Source: Octopus bimaculoides (taxonomy: Eukaryota). Taken from it: DNA of 64,000 nucleotides. The notes under the pieces are model-generated. The model had not been told where the DNA came from. It saw nothing but the letters and a program-made list of their open reading frames with translations, and ran no database searches. Both the position numbers and the translations under genes were made by a program. The DNA lies in NCBI RefSeq assembly GCF_001194135.2, contig NC_068981.1:7998581-8062580 (forward strand). Direction: 5' to 3'. This document shows positions 34,020 to 44,720 of the stretch, one piece after another; the first letter of the stretch is position 1; each line of letters opens with the position of its first letter.

Positions 34020-35996
34020 ATTATTATTTTTTTTATATATGTTTGACTTTTGCTTTGTAATTGTTACAAGTTGGCTACAAGTCTCACCCAGAGATCTCAA
34101 GTGACAAGTTAGAAGTTTATGTTGGTGTTATTCCTAGGGTGTCATATAGTTGGTTTTGCACATAGAGAATGTTGAAGAAAACATAAAATTATGAGTTTGT
34201 TTCAAAATTTGAGATCACATAGACAGTATTTTACGTAGGATGTGGGCAGTTCCCATGAGCACTATCTTTTGAACTTCAGCCATTTTAGGGTTTCCTGGTA
34301 TCTGAGCTAGGTAGTAATCAGCCCGTTTCGCTGTCATTCCCAGGGCACCTATGACAACAGGTATTGTTTTAGTTTTCAGGTTCCACATTTTGCTCATTTC
34401 TATTTCAAGATCTTTATAATTGCTCAATTTTTGGTAGGTCTTGACAGATACATTTATGTCGATTGGGATAGTCATATCAATGAGGAGGCATGATTTTTGT
34501 CTGAAGTCTATCAATGTAATGCCTGGCCTATTTGCATCTATCTTTCTGTCAGTTTGAATGGTGAAGTTCCAGAGGAGTGCGATGTGATCATTTGCAAGTA
34601 CTGGGGGTGGTTTGTGTTCCCACCAGTTTTTATCATGGGGCAAGTCCAGGTTTTTGCATATTACCCAGTGAATATATTGTGCAGCTCAATCATACCAGTT
34701 AAGATACTCTGTAGGTGCAAGAAGACTGCACATGGAGACAACATGATCAATGGTTTCATTTGTTGTTGATATACACGACATGTTGGGCAACTGCTGTTCT
34801 TTAATATGTTGGCTTGGTAGTTCCTTGTAGGTAGCACTGATCTTGGGCTGCTATGGTAAACCCTTCTGACTCTGATTTTAACTCAGAAGCCATTAGCCAT
34901 TGATGGGTGAGGGCTTTGTCAACATCGGATTTATTTGCTCTCTTTGGGTATTTGCCATTGAGAGGTTTTCTTGCCATTTATCAGTCAGAATATCTAAGGC
35001 AGCAGTTTTAGCACGGGTTTCCATGCGCTTGGCTTTTTCTATGCTTGTTTTTAGTACGTCTAATTCTGCAATTTGTTGTATTTGGAATTCACTTAGATAT
35101 TCCTTTTGTTACTGAGGATGATGTTTTCTTGTTTTCATGTTTTGGGACAAGTTTTAACATTCAGCCATCAGAGTTTTTCAGGTAGGTGTTTAGGCCAATT
35201 GTGGCAATCTCCATTGTTAATTCCAGTTGTAAAAGTCCACGGCCTTCCTCTTTTCTTGACAGATAAAGTCGTTCTATATCTGCCTTCTATGCATTGTCAA
35301 CAATTTTCATACTTTTCTGTCAAGATTACAGATTTCAGTAACTGACCAGTTAATGATATTGAAACTGTAAGTCAAGACTGGTATGGCTAAAGTATCGATC
35401 GCTTCGATCCTGTTTCTTACATTCAGCTCTGTCTTGAGTATTGCTCTCACCCTGCGATAACATTCTCTTCTGATCCTTACCTTCATCACTGAATGTTTGA
35501 TTCCGTCCCCTTTAAATACCCCCAGGTATTTGTAGCTCTCCGTTGGTTCTAACTCCTTTATGACATTCTAGTCAAGTTTAACGTTAGATGTTTCTGCCAT
35601 TTTCCCTTTGATAAAGGTTGCTTTTGCACATTTATCGAGGTCAAATTGCATCCTGATGTCATCACTGAATTGTTTAACAATCGCTAGTAAACCCTTGAGT
35701 TGTTGCTCGTGTTTTGGAAAGAGCTTAAATCATCCATGTAAATGAGATGATTTATATTTTTATCAAACATTTTATAGACGTACATCATTGAACAATTTTG
35801 AGAGAAGTATTAAGGTTAGACAAAAGAGGAGTGGTGATAGAGAGTCACCCTGGAACATGCCATATGAAATTCTTACATCTCCAGCACTAAGAGATTCATT
35901 GTCACTGTTCAAAGTCAATGTGGTTCTCCATGATCCCATACTTACAGACAGAATGTTTCGCAGAGTAGGAGCTATTTTATACATTTCCAGATATGA
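34020..35996 (-). mobile_element. R4/Dong-like non-LTR retrotransposon (family 1), 5'-truncated, about 2 kb, pseudogenised RT-CCHC-RLE
   Basis: GMFQGDSLSPLLF, HLIYMDDL (then a 1-nt frameshift), ESYKYLG, thumb region, CPTC...ETIDHVVSMC zinc knuckle, WNFTIQTDRKIDANRP...LLIDMTIP...GALG...LMGTAHILRKILSM*, 3' UTR and AATAATAAT tail. Confidence 0.93.
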
Positions 35997-35997
35997 T

Positions 35998-36047
<50 letters not shown>

Positions 36048-36048
36048 A

Positions 36049-36079
<31 letters not shown>
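35997..36079. repeat. (TAC)n then (TAT)n compound microsatellite between LINE copies
   Basis: Directly visible. Confidence 0.97.
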
Positions 36080-36398
36080 GAGTGAGAGAGCAGTGCATGC
36101 CATCAAAGTGACACTAGAGTAAAATATACGAAACCCAGTATACCCATCATGACTACCTGTCCGATAAGGGTACACCAGGTACATATATTACAATCATATG
36201 TGCCCAACATGGTGATTTCATATCAAGATTAACAGTGCATGACCTTGTAGGTGGGCCTAGTTAGAATTTTCCCCAGGTCGAGAAACCCATCCCGCTGTAA
36301 AGGTCCCTAAAGAAGGTTTGTTTTAAGGATGATGAACAAAGCACCCATATTTCCAGAGGTGAATTATTCAAACCCCATAGAATTCCTCTCAACACATC
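36080..36398 (-). mobile_element. R4/Dong-like family 2, 3' UTR fragment
   Basis: Tandem paralogue of 36459-36775; same terminus ...GCACTGCTCTCTCACTCA followed by (AAT)n. Confidence 0.85.
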
Positions 36399-36411
36399 AT
36401 CATCATCTTCA

Positions 36412-36458
<47 letters not shown>

Positions 36459-37236
36459 GAGTGAGAGAGCAGTGCATGCCATCAAAGTGACACTGAGGTA
36501 AAATATACGAAACCCATTATACCTGTCATGACTACCTGTCTGATAAGGGTACATCAGGCACATGCATCACAACTATATGTGCGCGACATGGTGATCTCAT
36601 ATCAAGATAAACAGCGTATGACATCGCAGGTGGGGCCCAGTTAGTATTTTCTTCAGGTCGAGTAGCCCATCCCGCTCAAAAGGTCCCTGAATAAGGTTTG
36701 TTTAAGGATGTTGAGCAAAACACCCATGTTTCCAAAGGTGAATTATTCAAATCCCAAAGAATTCCTCTCAACACATGGCTATGATGCTCCCCCACTACTT
36801 CTGCTCGTGATCAGAGATGCACATATCGTCAGCCACCAAGGGACATGCTCAACTGCTTAAAGTCAAACAACTGACAAGCAAATCTCTGGTATTGAGCAGA
36901 ATATTTTGCTGTAACCCATCTTTTATACCNNNNNNNNNNNNNNNNNNNNNNNNNNNNNNNNNNNNNNNNNNNNNNNNNNNNNNNNNNNNNNNNNNNNNNN
37001 NNNNNNNNNNNNNNNNNNNNNNNNNNNNNNNNNNNNNTATTTTTATAACGTGCTTTCACTTCACTACTGAGCGCAGCTCTGTGCGCCTTGGGTATGTGCT
37101 GTGGTTTGCTGTGGTGCTCTTATGTTTACTGTATTGAAAGTGTTTTGCGTAGAATGTGTGCAGTACCCAGTAGTGCAATTTTCTGTATGTTATATATATT
37201 TGTAAGTCCTGGTGTTTTTGTTATGTATTTGTCTGA
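36459..37236 (-). mobile_element. R4/Dong-like family 2, 5'-truncated (ORF end plus full 3' UTR; spans a gap at 36930-37037)
   Basis: SDKYITKTPGLTNIYNIQKIALLGTAHILRKTLSIQ* then a long UTR; bounded by (AAT)n at 36410-36458 and 37238-37330. Confidence 0.85.
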
Positions 37237-37271
37237 ATATTATTATTATTATTATCATTATTATTATTATA

Positions 37272-37331
<60 letters not shown>

Positions 37332-37351
37332 GCTGTTATTGTTGTTGTTAT

Positions 37352-37815
37352 TTTACTTCTGCGAGCTCTCGGTCTTACTTGCTCTGGTTGATTCTGTGAG
37401 AGCGGACAGCAACCTGTTGTCAGAAGTCTCAAAGGGTCTCTCTCCGCAAATTATAAGCTTTGGTACTTGGATGCTAACTTATCACGCACCTAAGCATCAA
37501 TCCCAAAATCCTAGCTGTCCCAATAAAGTAATGTTTTGGGCCTGCTCCGCCATCATGTCAATTCCAATTTCTTCGACATATTTCTCTAACCTGGTTGTTA
37601 GTGCTCCGAGTGTCCTTACAACTACGTTCTTAAATAACAGTTACCGTTCTCATTACCAGAATTCTTGCAATTTCGCCTTTCACTAGTCTGTATTCCTCCA
37701 TCTTTTCCAGCTCCTTGTCGTCTGCGCGTGCACCCCCAACATGGCAATATCTATGATCGTGGTTTCCTTTTTTTTTCTCTCTCTACCACAACAATGTCTG
37801 GTTTCCGATTATTTT
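37352..37815 (-). mobile_element. R4/Dong-like family 3, RLE 3' fragment
   Basis: RKPDIVVVERE..TTIIDIAM, DDKELEKMEEYRLVKGEIARI, TLGALTTRLEKYVEEIGID..AQNITLLG, ARILGLML; followed by a UTR and an (AAC)/(AAT)n tail. Confidence 0.8.
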
Positions 37816-38016
37816 TGCGAGTTGGCAGAATCTTTAGCATATCGGACAAAATGTCTAGCGGTATTTCCTCCGGCTCATTACGTTCTGAGTTCAAATTCTG
37901 CCACCGATGTCAACTTCTCCTTTCATCCTTTCGGAGTCGATAAAAGAAGTACCAATTGAGCACTTAACCCCCTCCTCACCCCCGAAATTCCTCGCCTTCT
38001 GCTAAAATTTGAAACC
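37816..38016 (+). mobile_element. SINE family B, full length
   Basis: GAGTTGGCAGAATC head, TGAGTTCAAATT B-box, 3' end AAAATTTGAAACC. Confidence 0.8.
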
Positions 38017-38069
38017 ATTGCTTTTATTTTTAAGATGGCGAACTGTGTCAGGCAAAATGCCTAAATCGC

Positions 38070-38352
38070 ATCTACAGCATCACGTGTCCAGAATGCAATG
38101 AGAATTACGTCGAAGAAACAGGATTAAAGTTAATTAACCGCATGAGAGTGAAAAAGCAGCAAATTAAGATTTCATCTCTTAGACATGTTTCATGTTGTGA
38201 AAATCTAGACATTTGTGCAAATACAAAATTCGGAATATTTCCTTTTTTTGTTTTCTGTTGTTGTTGGTTTTTTTTAGCTAAAAGAAAATTATGAAAAATG
38301 GAAAGCAAAAGAAAAATACTTTATCCGAATATTAAATCCAAAACTAAACGCC
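38070..38352 (+). mobile_element. Penelope-like element, GIY-YIG endonuclease remnant
   Basis: IYSITCPECNENYVEETGLKLINRMRVKKQQIK...ENLDIC...FGIFPF and later KEKYFIRILNPKLN: IY..C..C..Y(IG)ET..L..R and E..FI..L.P.LN pattern. Confidence 0.8.
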
Positions 38353-38400
38353 ATTACTAAAAACAGCTTCCTTTCTACAGATAACTCCGCAACACGTGTG

Positions 38401-38428
38401 TTTGATGAAGTGAACAACGAAAGCGCTT
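38401..38428 (+). ncRNA. Decayed hammerhead-like motif just 3' of the GIY-YIG remnant
   Basis: UUGAUGA-A-GUGAACAAC-GAAA-GCG; weak stem II; position fits a Penelope 3' repeat. Confidence 0.25.
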
Positions 38429-38869
38429 ACGCACAATATGAAAGTTTCGCCTCAAAATGTTCTTGTACTTTTTTTCTAATTTCTCTTTTTGAAAAACTTT
38501 ATAGATTTTAAGAAAGCCGTGTATTTTTGGCAAAATCTTTGAAATATATATATCAAACCCTTTCTAAATTGATCTCGTAGGTGGAAATTGAAAGCTCTAA
38601 CATAACATCCACTTGTAAGAGGGAATAAATATTACCTTTTGGTATTAAATGTTTGTAGATTAAATCCATCGGAGAGTGCGGCTGTATGGATGCATTTAAC
38701 ATAGGACGAGATGAACCTCCGTCTTCAGGGAAGAGATATTATAGAGGAAAAGTTCAAAGATGTAATCTTTGAACTTTAAAGCAATCTTTGTCCCTTTCAA
38801 ACACTTTGAAAAATACTGAATACCTCGAAAGTAGACAAAGTGAATCGCCTTGTGTGTGAACGAGAATAA

Positions 38870-38915
38870 TGGATACCAATATTTCGCTGTGGTTGCAGCT
38901 CATCAGAAATCTATA
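38870..38915 (-). ncRNA. Hammerhead ribozyme core with intact stem II
   Basis: Minus strand CUGAUGA-GCUG-CAACCA-CAGC-GAAA-UAUUGGUA; all catalytic core bases present; stems I and III are weak or ambiguous. Confidence 0.5.
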
Positions 38916-39400
38916 ACCGAATCATCTCGAAACGAATTTGAATCGTTCGTGTGAGGTATATATGCCACAGCACCGCATAAGTAGAACGAAAGAAAATTTT
39001 GAATTAGAAGCAATTCTTGTGACCGTTCTCACATAATGTATGTTTTGTTTATGCCCTCATTGGCAGCGAGATTCGTTGTCCAGGGAAAATTCCATTGAAG
39101 ACGTTGAATGCTCAGAAATACACTGGAAACCTCAAATCTGTCGAAACGAATTGCCTTGTAGATGAGCGAGAGCGGGTCTAGGTGCCGATGAGATAAGATA
39201 ACAGCGAAATTTCGACATCTTCCGTTCTCATTCACCTACAGGGCTATTCGTTTTGTCTGATTTGAGATATTCAGTGTATTTTAGAACACTCGACGTGTTA
39301 AAGACACCCTTTTTCAGAAATAGAAGAGAGAGGAAAGTCCAAGAGAAAAGGAAGACGGAGGGGAAAAAATCGCAAACAATCCACATGTAGGTACGTTTTG

Positions 39401-39457
<57 letters not shown>

Positions 39458-39561
39458 TACACACACACACGTATATATATATAACAATTGCAGCCATTTA
39501 AAACACACAAAAACTGTTAGATTCACTTCAACATTTAAATTTAATTTATATATATATTTAA

Positions 39562-40660
39562 TATATATGGTCCTTAAAAGATACAGGTGTCAGTCACAAC
39601 ATCCCTTGGAAGATCTTAGCCAAGTGTAAGCCCTACACCAACGGCAGTGGAAAGTGCGGTCTTTGTAATATGGAAACATCTGGAAAAGCAGCTTAGACCC
39701 CGCCACATGTCTAAATTCAAGAATTGAACCTTTCGGATCATGTCTACATGTGGCTAAATATTTGTTACGTTTTTGGTCCCCGCGAGAATACAGATAGGAC
39801 TTGCTTTCTATATTGTGTCCACATACAAGCTTTTTTATCTCTCTATACGTTTTACTTATATTTCTTATACATTTCTTATATATCTTTTTACATATTTATA
39901 GATATTGGTTATACTTTTATTGCTCATATATTTTTTTACACATAATTTTTCTGTATTCTACCTTCCACCCTGCATTTTTCCTGTGCGTATATAGACGTGT
40001 ATATGGAATTTTTTTGTGCGCATGTGTGTATGTGTGTGTGCGGGTATGTGCGTATATAGACCTGTGTGTGTGTGTGCGTACATGTGAGTATCTTCGTATA
40101 TAGACGTGTTTTACTCTAATTGCTTATTTTTAACACATTTTTTCACATATTTTTCTGTATTTTGCCTTTAGCCCTATTTTTTCTTGTGCATGTGCATATA
40201 TAGACGTGTGTATGAACCTCTTTTGTGCGCGCGTGTGTGTGTGTGTGTGTGCGAGCGTGTATGCGGGTATATATATATTTTTGGGCGAATGTGTGGGTAT
40301 GCATGTGTGTGTTTCAAGTGAAGGTGGATGAGTATATACATATAGGTGCATGTACGTGGGTGTGTGGGCGCGCATGTGCATGTATGGACATGCACACTTA
40401 CACGATTACTATGAACATTTTTACTCTCTTACCTTTATTCCCTCCCCTTGGTGGTCATTCTAATAGCTCTTTTGTCTTAATAACGGTCAACCACACAGTA
40501 ATTTCCCTATGTTTTAACGGTCATTTTCATAGCATTTTTTCGGTGGCCCGATAACTGAAGAGATGCCGGCGTGTGTTTCCGCCCCGACACCCGAAACTCA
40601 GAGTTTTATCATGGCTACCGAATAATTGTCATATATTATATTTACAGATATATTTAATAT
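39562..40660 (+). mobile_element. Penelope-like element, 3' part: endonuclease C-terminus, duplicated 3' region and hammerhead
   Basis: YIWSLKDTGVSHNIPWKILAKCKPYTNGSGKCGLCNME then, after a frameshift, LDPATCLNSRIEPFGSCLHVAKYLL (39562-39775), matching the Penelope pattern YIWxLKD..W.IL..PY..C.LC.E..LN.R.E..C.H..K.LL. Linking it to the downstream region is an inference. Confidence 0.75.
40541..40620 (+). ncRNA. Type I hammerhead ribozyme (complete predicted fold)
   Basis: Stem I is 8 bp + internal loop + 5 bp (CGGUGGCC-C-GAUAA / UUAUC-AU-GGCUACCG); core CUGAAGA at 40555-40561; imperfect GC-rich stem II at 40562-40592; GAAA at 40593-40596; stem III ACUC-A-GAGU; GUU triplet with predicted cleavage after 40605. 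Confidence 0.75.
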
Positions 40661-40737
40661 ATATATTTATCTATGTACGTGTATATGTTTCTGCATGCTG
40701 CACGTGAATGTATATGTGTATCTACATTTGCATTTAT

Positions 40738-40935
40738 CTCATCACCGCTTGACAACCGGTATTGGTTTGTTTACCTTCCCGTAACGTAGCGATTCGCCAC
40801 AAGATACCGATAGAATAAGTACAAGAGTTTAAAAAAGAAACAAGTATTAGACTCGATTTGTTCAACTAGAATTATTCAAGGCAGTGCCCCAGTATGGCCG
40901 CGTTCCAAAGGCTGAAACAAATAAAAAAATAAAGG
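40738..40935 (+). mobile_element. SINE family A, 3' half
   Basis: CACCGCTTGACAACCGGT.TTGGTTTGTTTAC...ACCGATAGAATAAGTAC...GGCAGTGCCCCAGTATGGCCGC...GCTGAAACAAATAAAA. Confidence 0.8.
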
Positions 40936-41188
40936 ACAGAAGATAGTTATACACACATACTTACGCGCATGCGCCTATTATGTGCATAAACATCTGTCTG
41001 TGTGTATGAAGGTATGTATGATGCATTCAGTAACACGTGTTGTTTTAGTGTCAGCCTTTTTCGTGCTGTATGATTCAACTTGTTTGTTGGTAATGCAAGT
41101 ACGAGTTGAACTTGTAATCTTCCTATCTGAATGAGTGAACTTGTGCGGCACCCCTTCACAGATATTTCTTTTATTTCCTTTCATGTAG

Positions 41189-41232
41189 GCTATCTTTGGA
41201 TGTGTCCTTACCACAAAGAGACGATGTTAGAT
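41189..41232 (+). CDS. Candidate 44-nt internal exon, product unknown
   Basis: Very strong acceptor TTTCTTTTATTTCCTTTCATGTAG and donor GAT|GTAAGT in non-repetitive DNA; two open frames (YLWMCPYHKETMLD or LSLDVSLPQRDDVR). Confidence 0.4.
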
Positions 41233-41970
41233 GTAAGTATTGTATGATAATGTCAAATTCCTTTACGTCTCTATTCAACCATGTAGAATATGATCGCTTC
41301 ATAACTGGCAATCTTAGATTATAAATTATCGATTACTGAATATCGACATTAAAAAAATGCAATCAGAACGTGAAGAATGGAAACCGACTGATGCCGTTCA
41401 TCTAAGACTATCATTTAATTTTTCTCAACATTCCGTTTTTATCTCTCTTCCATCAATCAGACTACCAACAGGACAATCAAAGAACTGTTTGTTTCGCCTC
41501 TTTCTATTTCCTTTGAATACTTTGAGGGAGAGAGGGGGAGGTAGACGGGGACAGTGCGCCTGCGTATATTAGCTTGGTCACTCAATCATTGGAGATTCTA
41601 AACGACTGTAGATATGTCGCTTTGGTTATTTAAAAGGGAATATATCGCCTTTCGAATTATGCACTGAATGGCTTCTCAATGAAGTTTTATGGCCTCGTTT
41701 TAATCCCGGTGGCCTCAGCAAAATGTCATTATTTATATATATCTGTAGACTTGCTGGCGGCCAACCTACAACAAGATGCTCACTTAACAAAATCTGCATA
41801 TTGCTCCTCCGCCTCGAAACGGATAATTCACTTTAATAAATGACTACTTATGGTGGCCATATTTCTCCTAACATTTAGTTTCTATCAGAATTTCTTTATG
41901 TGTTTTAGTTGTTGTCTGATAAATGCACTTTTAAAACTAGCTTCCCAACGAATAAACTCACGTGTTCACA

Positions 41971-42019
<49 letters not shown>

Positions 42020-42119
42020 TTATTCGTCTCCATAATAAAACTCCCAAACAAAACAACATGTTAATAGATGTAGAAACATCCTCTTGTTTATGAATAATCT
42101 CAATAATTGATTAAGACAT

Positions 42120-42400
42120 TATTTTATTTTATCGATATCGGAAGACTGAAAGGCAAATTCGAACTCAGCTGGATTGGAACTCACAAGCTAAAGCGATATT
42201 ACCTATCATGTGTTCGTTTCGGTTGCTCTACCGAGTATACCAAACTAGAAATAGTAAAATTCTTATTAGATCGACTGTGTGGTAGAATCGATAGTGTTGA
42301 TGAAAATCCCTTATTGTAATTAGTTCCGTTCCTTTAGGACTACGTTCAAATCCTACAGAAGTTACCTTCGCCTTTCAGACCTCTGGGGGCGATAAGAAAT
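42120..42400. mobile_element. Two highly diverged SINE B fragments in opposite orientations
   Basis: TTTTATCGA...GAAAGGCAAATTCGAACTCAGC (-) and GTTCAAATCCTACAGAAGTTACCTTCGCCTTTCA (+). Confidence 0.45.
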
Positions 42401-42789
42401 CGTTCAAGATATCAGCATCGTGTGTATACAACAAATCTTAATGGGTTGCACTACATTCCACTGTTATGTCAGTCGTGTTGGATTTCTTTTTTCTTTTTTT
42501 TCTTTACTCTTTGTTTCTTTTTTATGCTGCTGATGGCTGGTTCTTGGTCAGTTGTGTTCGTGCAAACCTATCATCAAAAGCGTCTCAAAAGTGGTCACCT
42601 CATCTTTTTTATAAACTTTTTTGTTTCTATGTCCAAATCTTGACATGTCATCGTCTTTCTTCTCCACTGAGATCGATACAATCAGAATCAATCAATTTTA
42701 TTAACCCATTCAATTGATTATAAGCCTCACTTGGAAAATAAAAGAAAAGAAGAGAAAACATAACCTCTCCGAGAACGAAATTACTAAAT

Positions 42790-42982
42790 CCTTCTAATTT
42801 TATAACAAGGTCATTAATTTTGACCTGAGCGGGAAGTCGATTACGTCGAACCCTGAACTGCTACTTATGCTATTGACCCACAAACGACAACAGACAAAGT
42901 TGAACTCGGCGGTATTTGAACCGAAGGAAATGTTGCAAAGCATTTTGCCCAACTCGTTAACGATTCAGCCAACTCACCGCCT
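42790..42982 (-). mobile_element. SINE family B (first of a tandem pair)
   Basis: AAAGTTGAACTCGGCGGTATTTGAAC...AAGCATTTTGCC...TAACGATTCAGCCAACTCACCGCCT. Confidence 0.75.
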
Positions 42983-42992
42983 CAAAATAATA

Positions 42993-43180
42993 ATCCTTTT
43001 CTGCTGGGCATGAAATTTTGATGGGAGGAGACTAGTCTTTTACATCAATCCCAATACCCAAATGGTGCATTCTTTTATCGACCCCGAAAAGATGAAAAGC
43101 GAAATCGACCTCGGCAGAACTTGAAATCAGTACGTAAGCAAATTGCCCGGTGTGCTAACGATTCTGCCAGCTTGTCACTT
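42993..43180 (-). mobile_element. SINE family B (second of a tandem pair)
   Basis: TTTTATCGACCCCGAAAAGATGAAAAGCGAAATCGACCTCGGCAGAA...GCTAACGATTCTGCCAGCT. Confidence 0.8.
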
Positions 43181-44029
43181 AAAGTAATTGAGTAATAATA
43201 ATTAATAATGTAAATTCCAGTAAAAAAATTTTAAAACTAAACAAAATCCAAAATGGTCGACGGTTGACAGCGTGTGGTGAAAGACAGATTAAAAGATAGA
43301 TTAAAAGAGAAGCAATGAACGAATATGAAATAATAATTCCGTTGATTACGGATAGATTAAAGGAAGTCTATATGGAACTGTTTCGTTTGTTATTCTGTTA
43401 CAAAGGATATGGAAGATGGAATCCGTTGTGTGTGACGAAACAATATCAACACAAAGTAGTGGAAAATCGAATGGGTTGGTTACGACTGGGAAAATAGCAC
43501 AGGTATAGTATAATTGGCACCTATACTATAAGTATAGTATAATGGACACATATACTATATGTGCCCATATAGTATAGTATAGTATGAAGCAACAAAAGAG
43601 ATTGTTCCCATAACAGTAAAAGATTTGGTTTGGAATAGTTTGAATGAAAGAATAAAGACTGGAAAGAGGAAATGAAAGATAAAAAGGAAGAGAACGACGG
43701 AGAAGTAGCAGGTGAAAGAATGAGTTGAGTAAAAGAAAGAAAAATGAATGATTAAATTGAAAGAGTAATACGGGTATCGCTATAACAATAGATTAAAGGG
43801 AGTACATGTGAAGGTTGGGCTTGTCTGTATTTCTGTTAGACAATGATTGAAGTAGCTTCGTTATCGAAGTCCCTAAAGTCGCACCAGACACCAATGATGG
43901 TCATTTTAATCTCATCCAAAATGGCGGAGTTGAGGAAAAATATTCTGTTAATGCTTTTCAGGCTTTACCTGTTTCCCACCGTTTAAATGTATATGTGAGT
44001 ATGTCTGTTGTTTATGTGTAGGTGAATGT

Positions 44030-44230
44030 GTGTGATGTAGTGTGTGTGTGTGTGTGTGATGTAGTGTGTGTGATGTAGTGTGTGTGATGTAGTGTGTGTG
44101 ATGTAGTGTGTGTATGTGAGAGAGATGGTTGTGACGGATGTGTCATGTATTATGTTGGCGTTTGGTGGTTGTGTTTTAGTAGTGGTGTGTTTGGTGGTGA
44201 GTATAATGTATGATGATCGAATGCCGTGTG

Positions 44231-44265
<35 letters not shown>

Positions 44266-44529
44266 TATATAAGAACTTTATGAAATGAGAGAGAAGCATT
44301 TCTATTTGAAAACTGGGTGAAAGAGACAAAAACCATAAAGAAAGGGAGATCAGTAGAAAGAGGGAAAAGAAAGAAAGACGTCTTAAAACAAGAGGGAAAT
44401 GAGGGAAACGTAAATGAGAACAAAATAAAGATGGCCTTAAAATGTATCGGAAAATTAAAACGAGAAAAACTGTTGTAAGTATAATGTAGAAAGCGATGAA
44501 TAGAGAGACAGGCTGACAGACAGTATACG

Positions 44530-44593
<64 letters not shown>

Positions 44594-44663
44594 TGTAGGG
44601 GAGTGAGTGAGTGTGTGTGTTAGCGTGTATGAGTGTTTGTATACACTTAGAGAGACATACAGG

Positions 44664-44707
<44 letters not shown>

Positions 44708-44720
44708 GAGATAGATAGAC
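44030..44720. repeat. Microsatellite field: (GTGTGTGTGATGTA)-type units 44030-44115, (GTGC)n 44527-44595, (GATA)n 44665-44718
   Basis: Directly visible. Confidence 0.92.
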
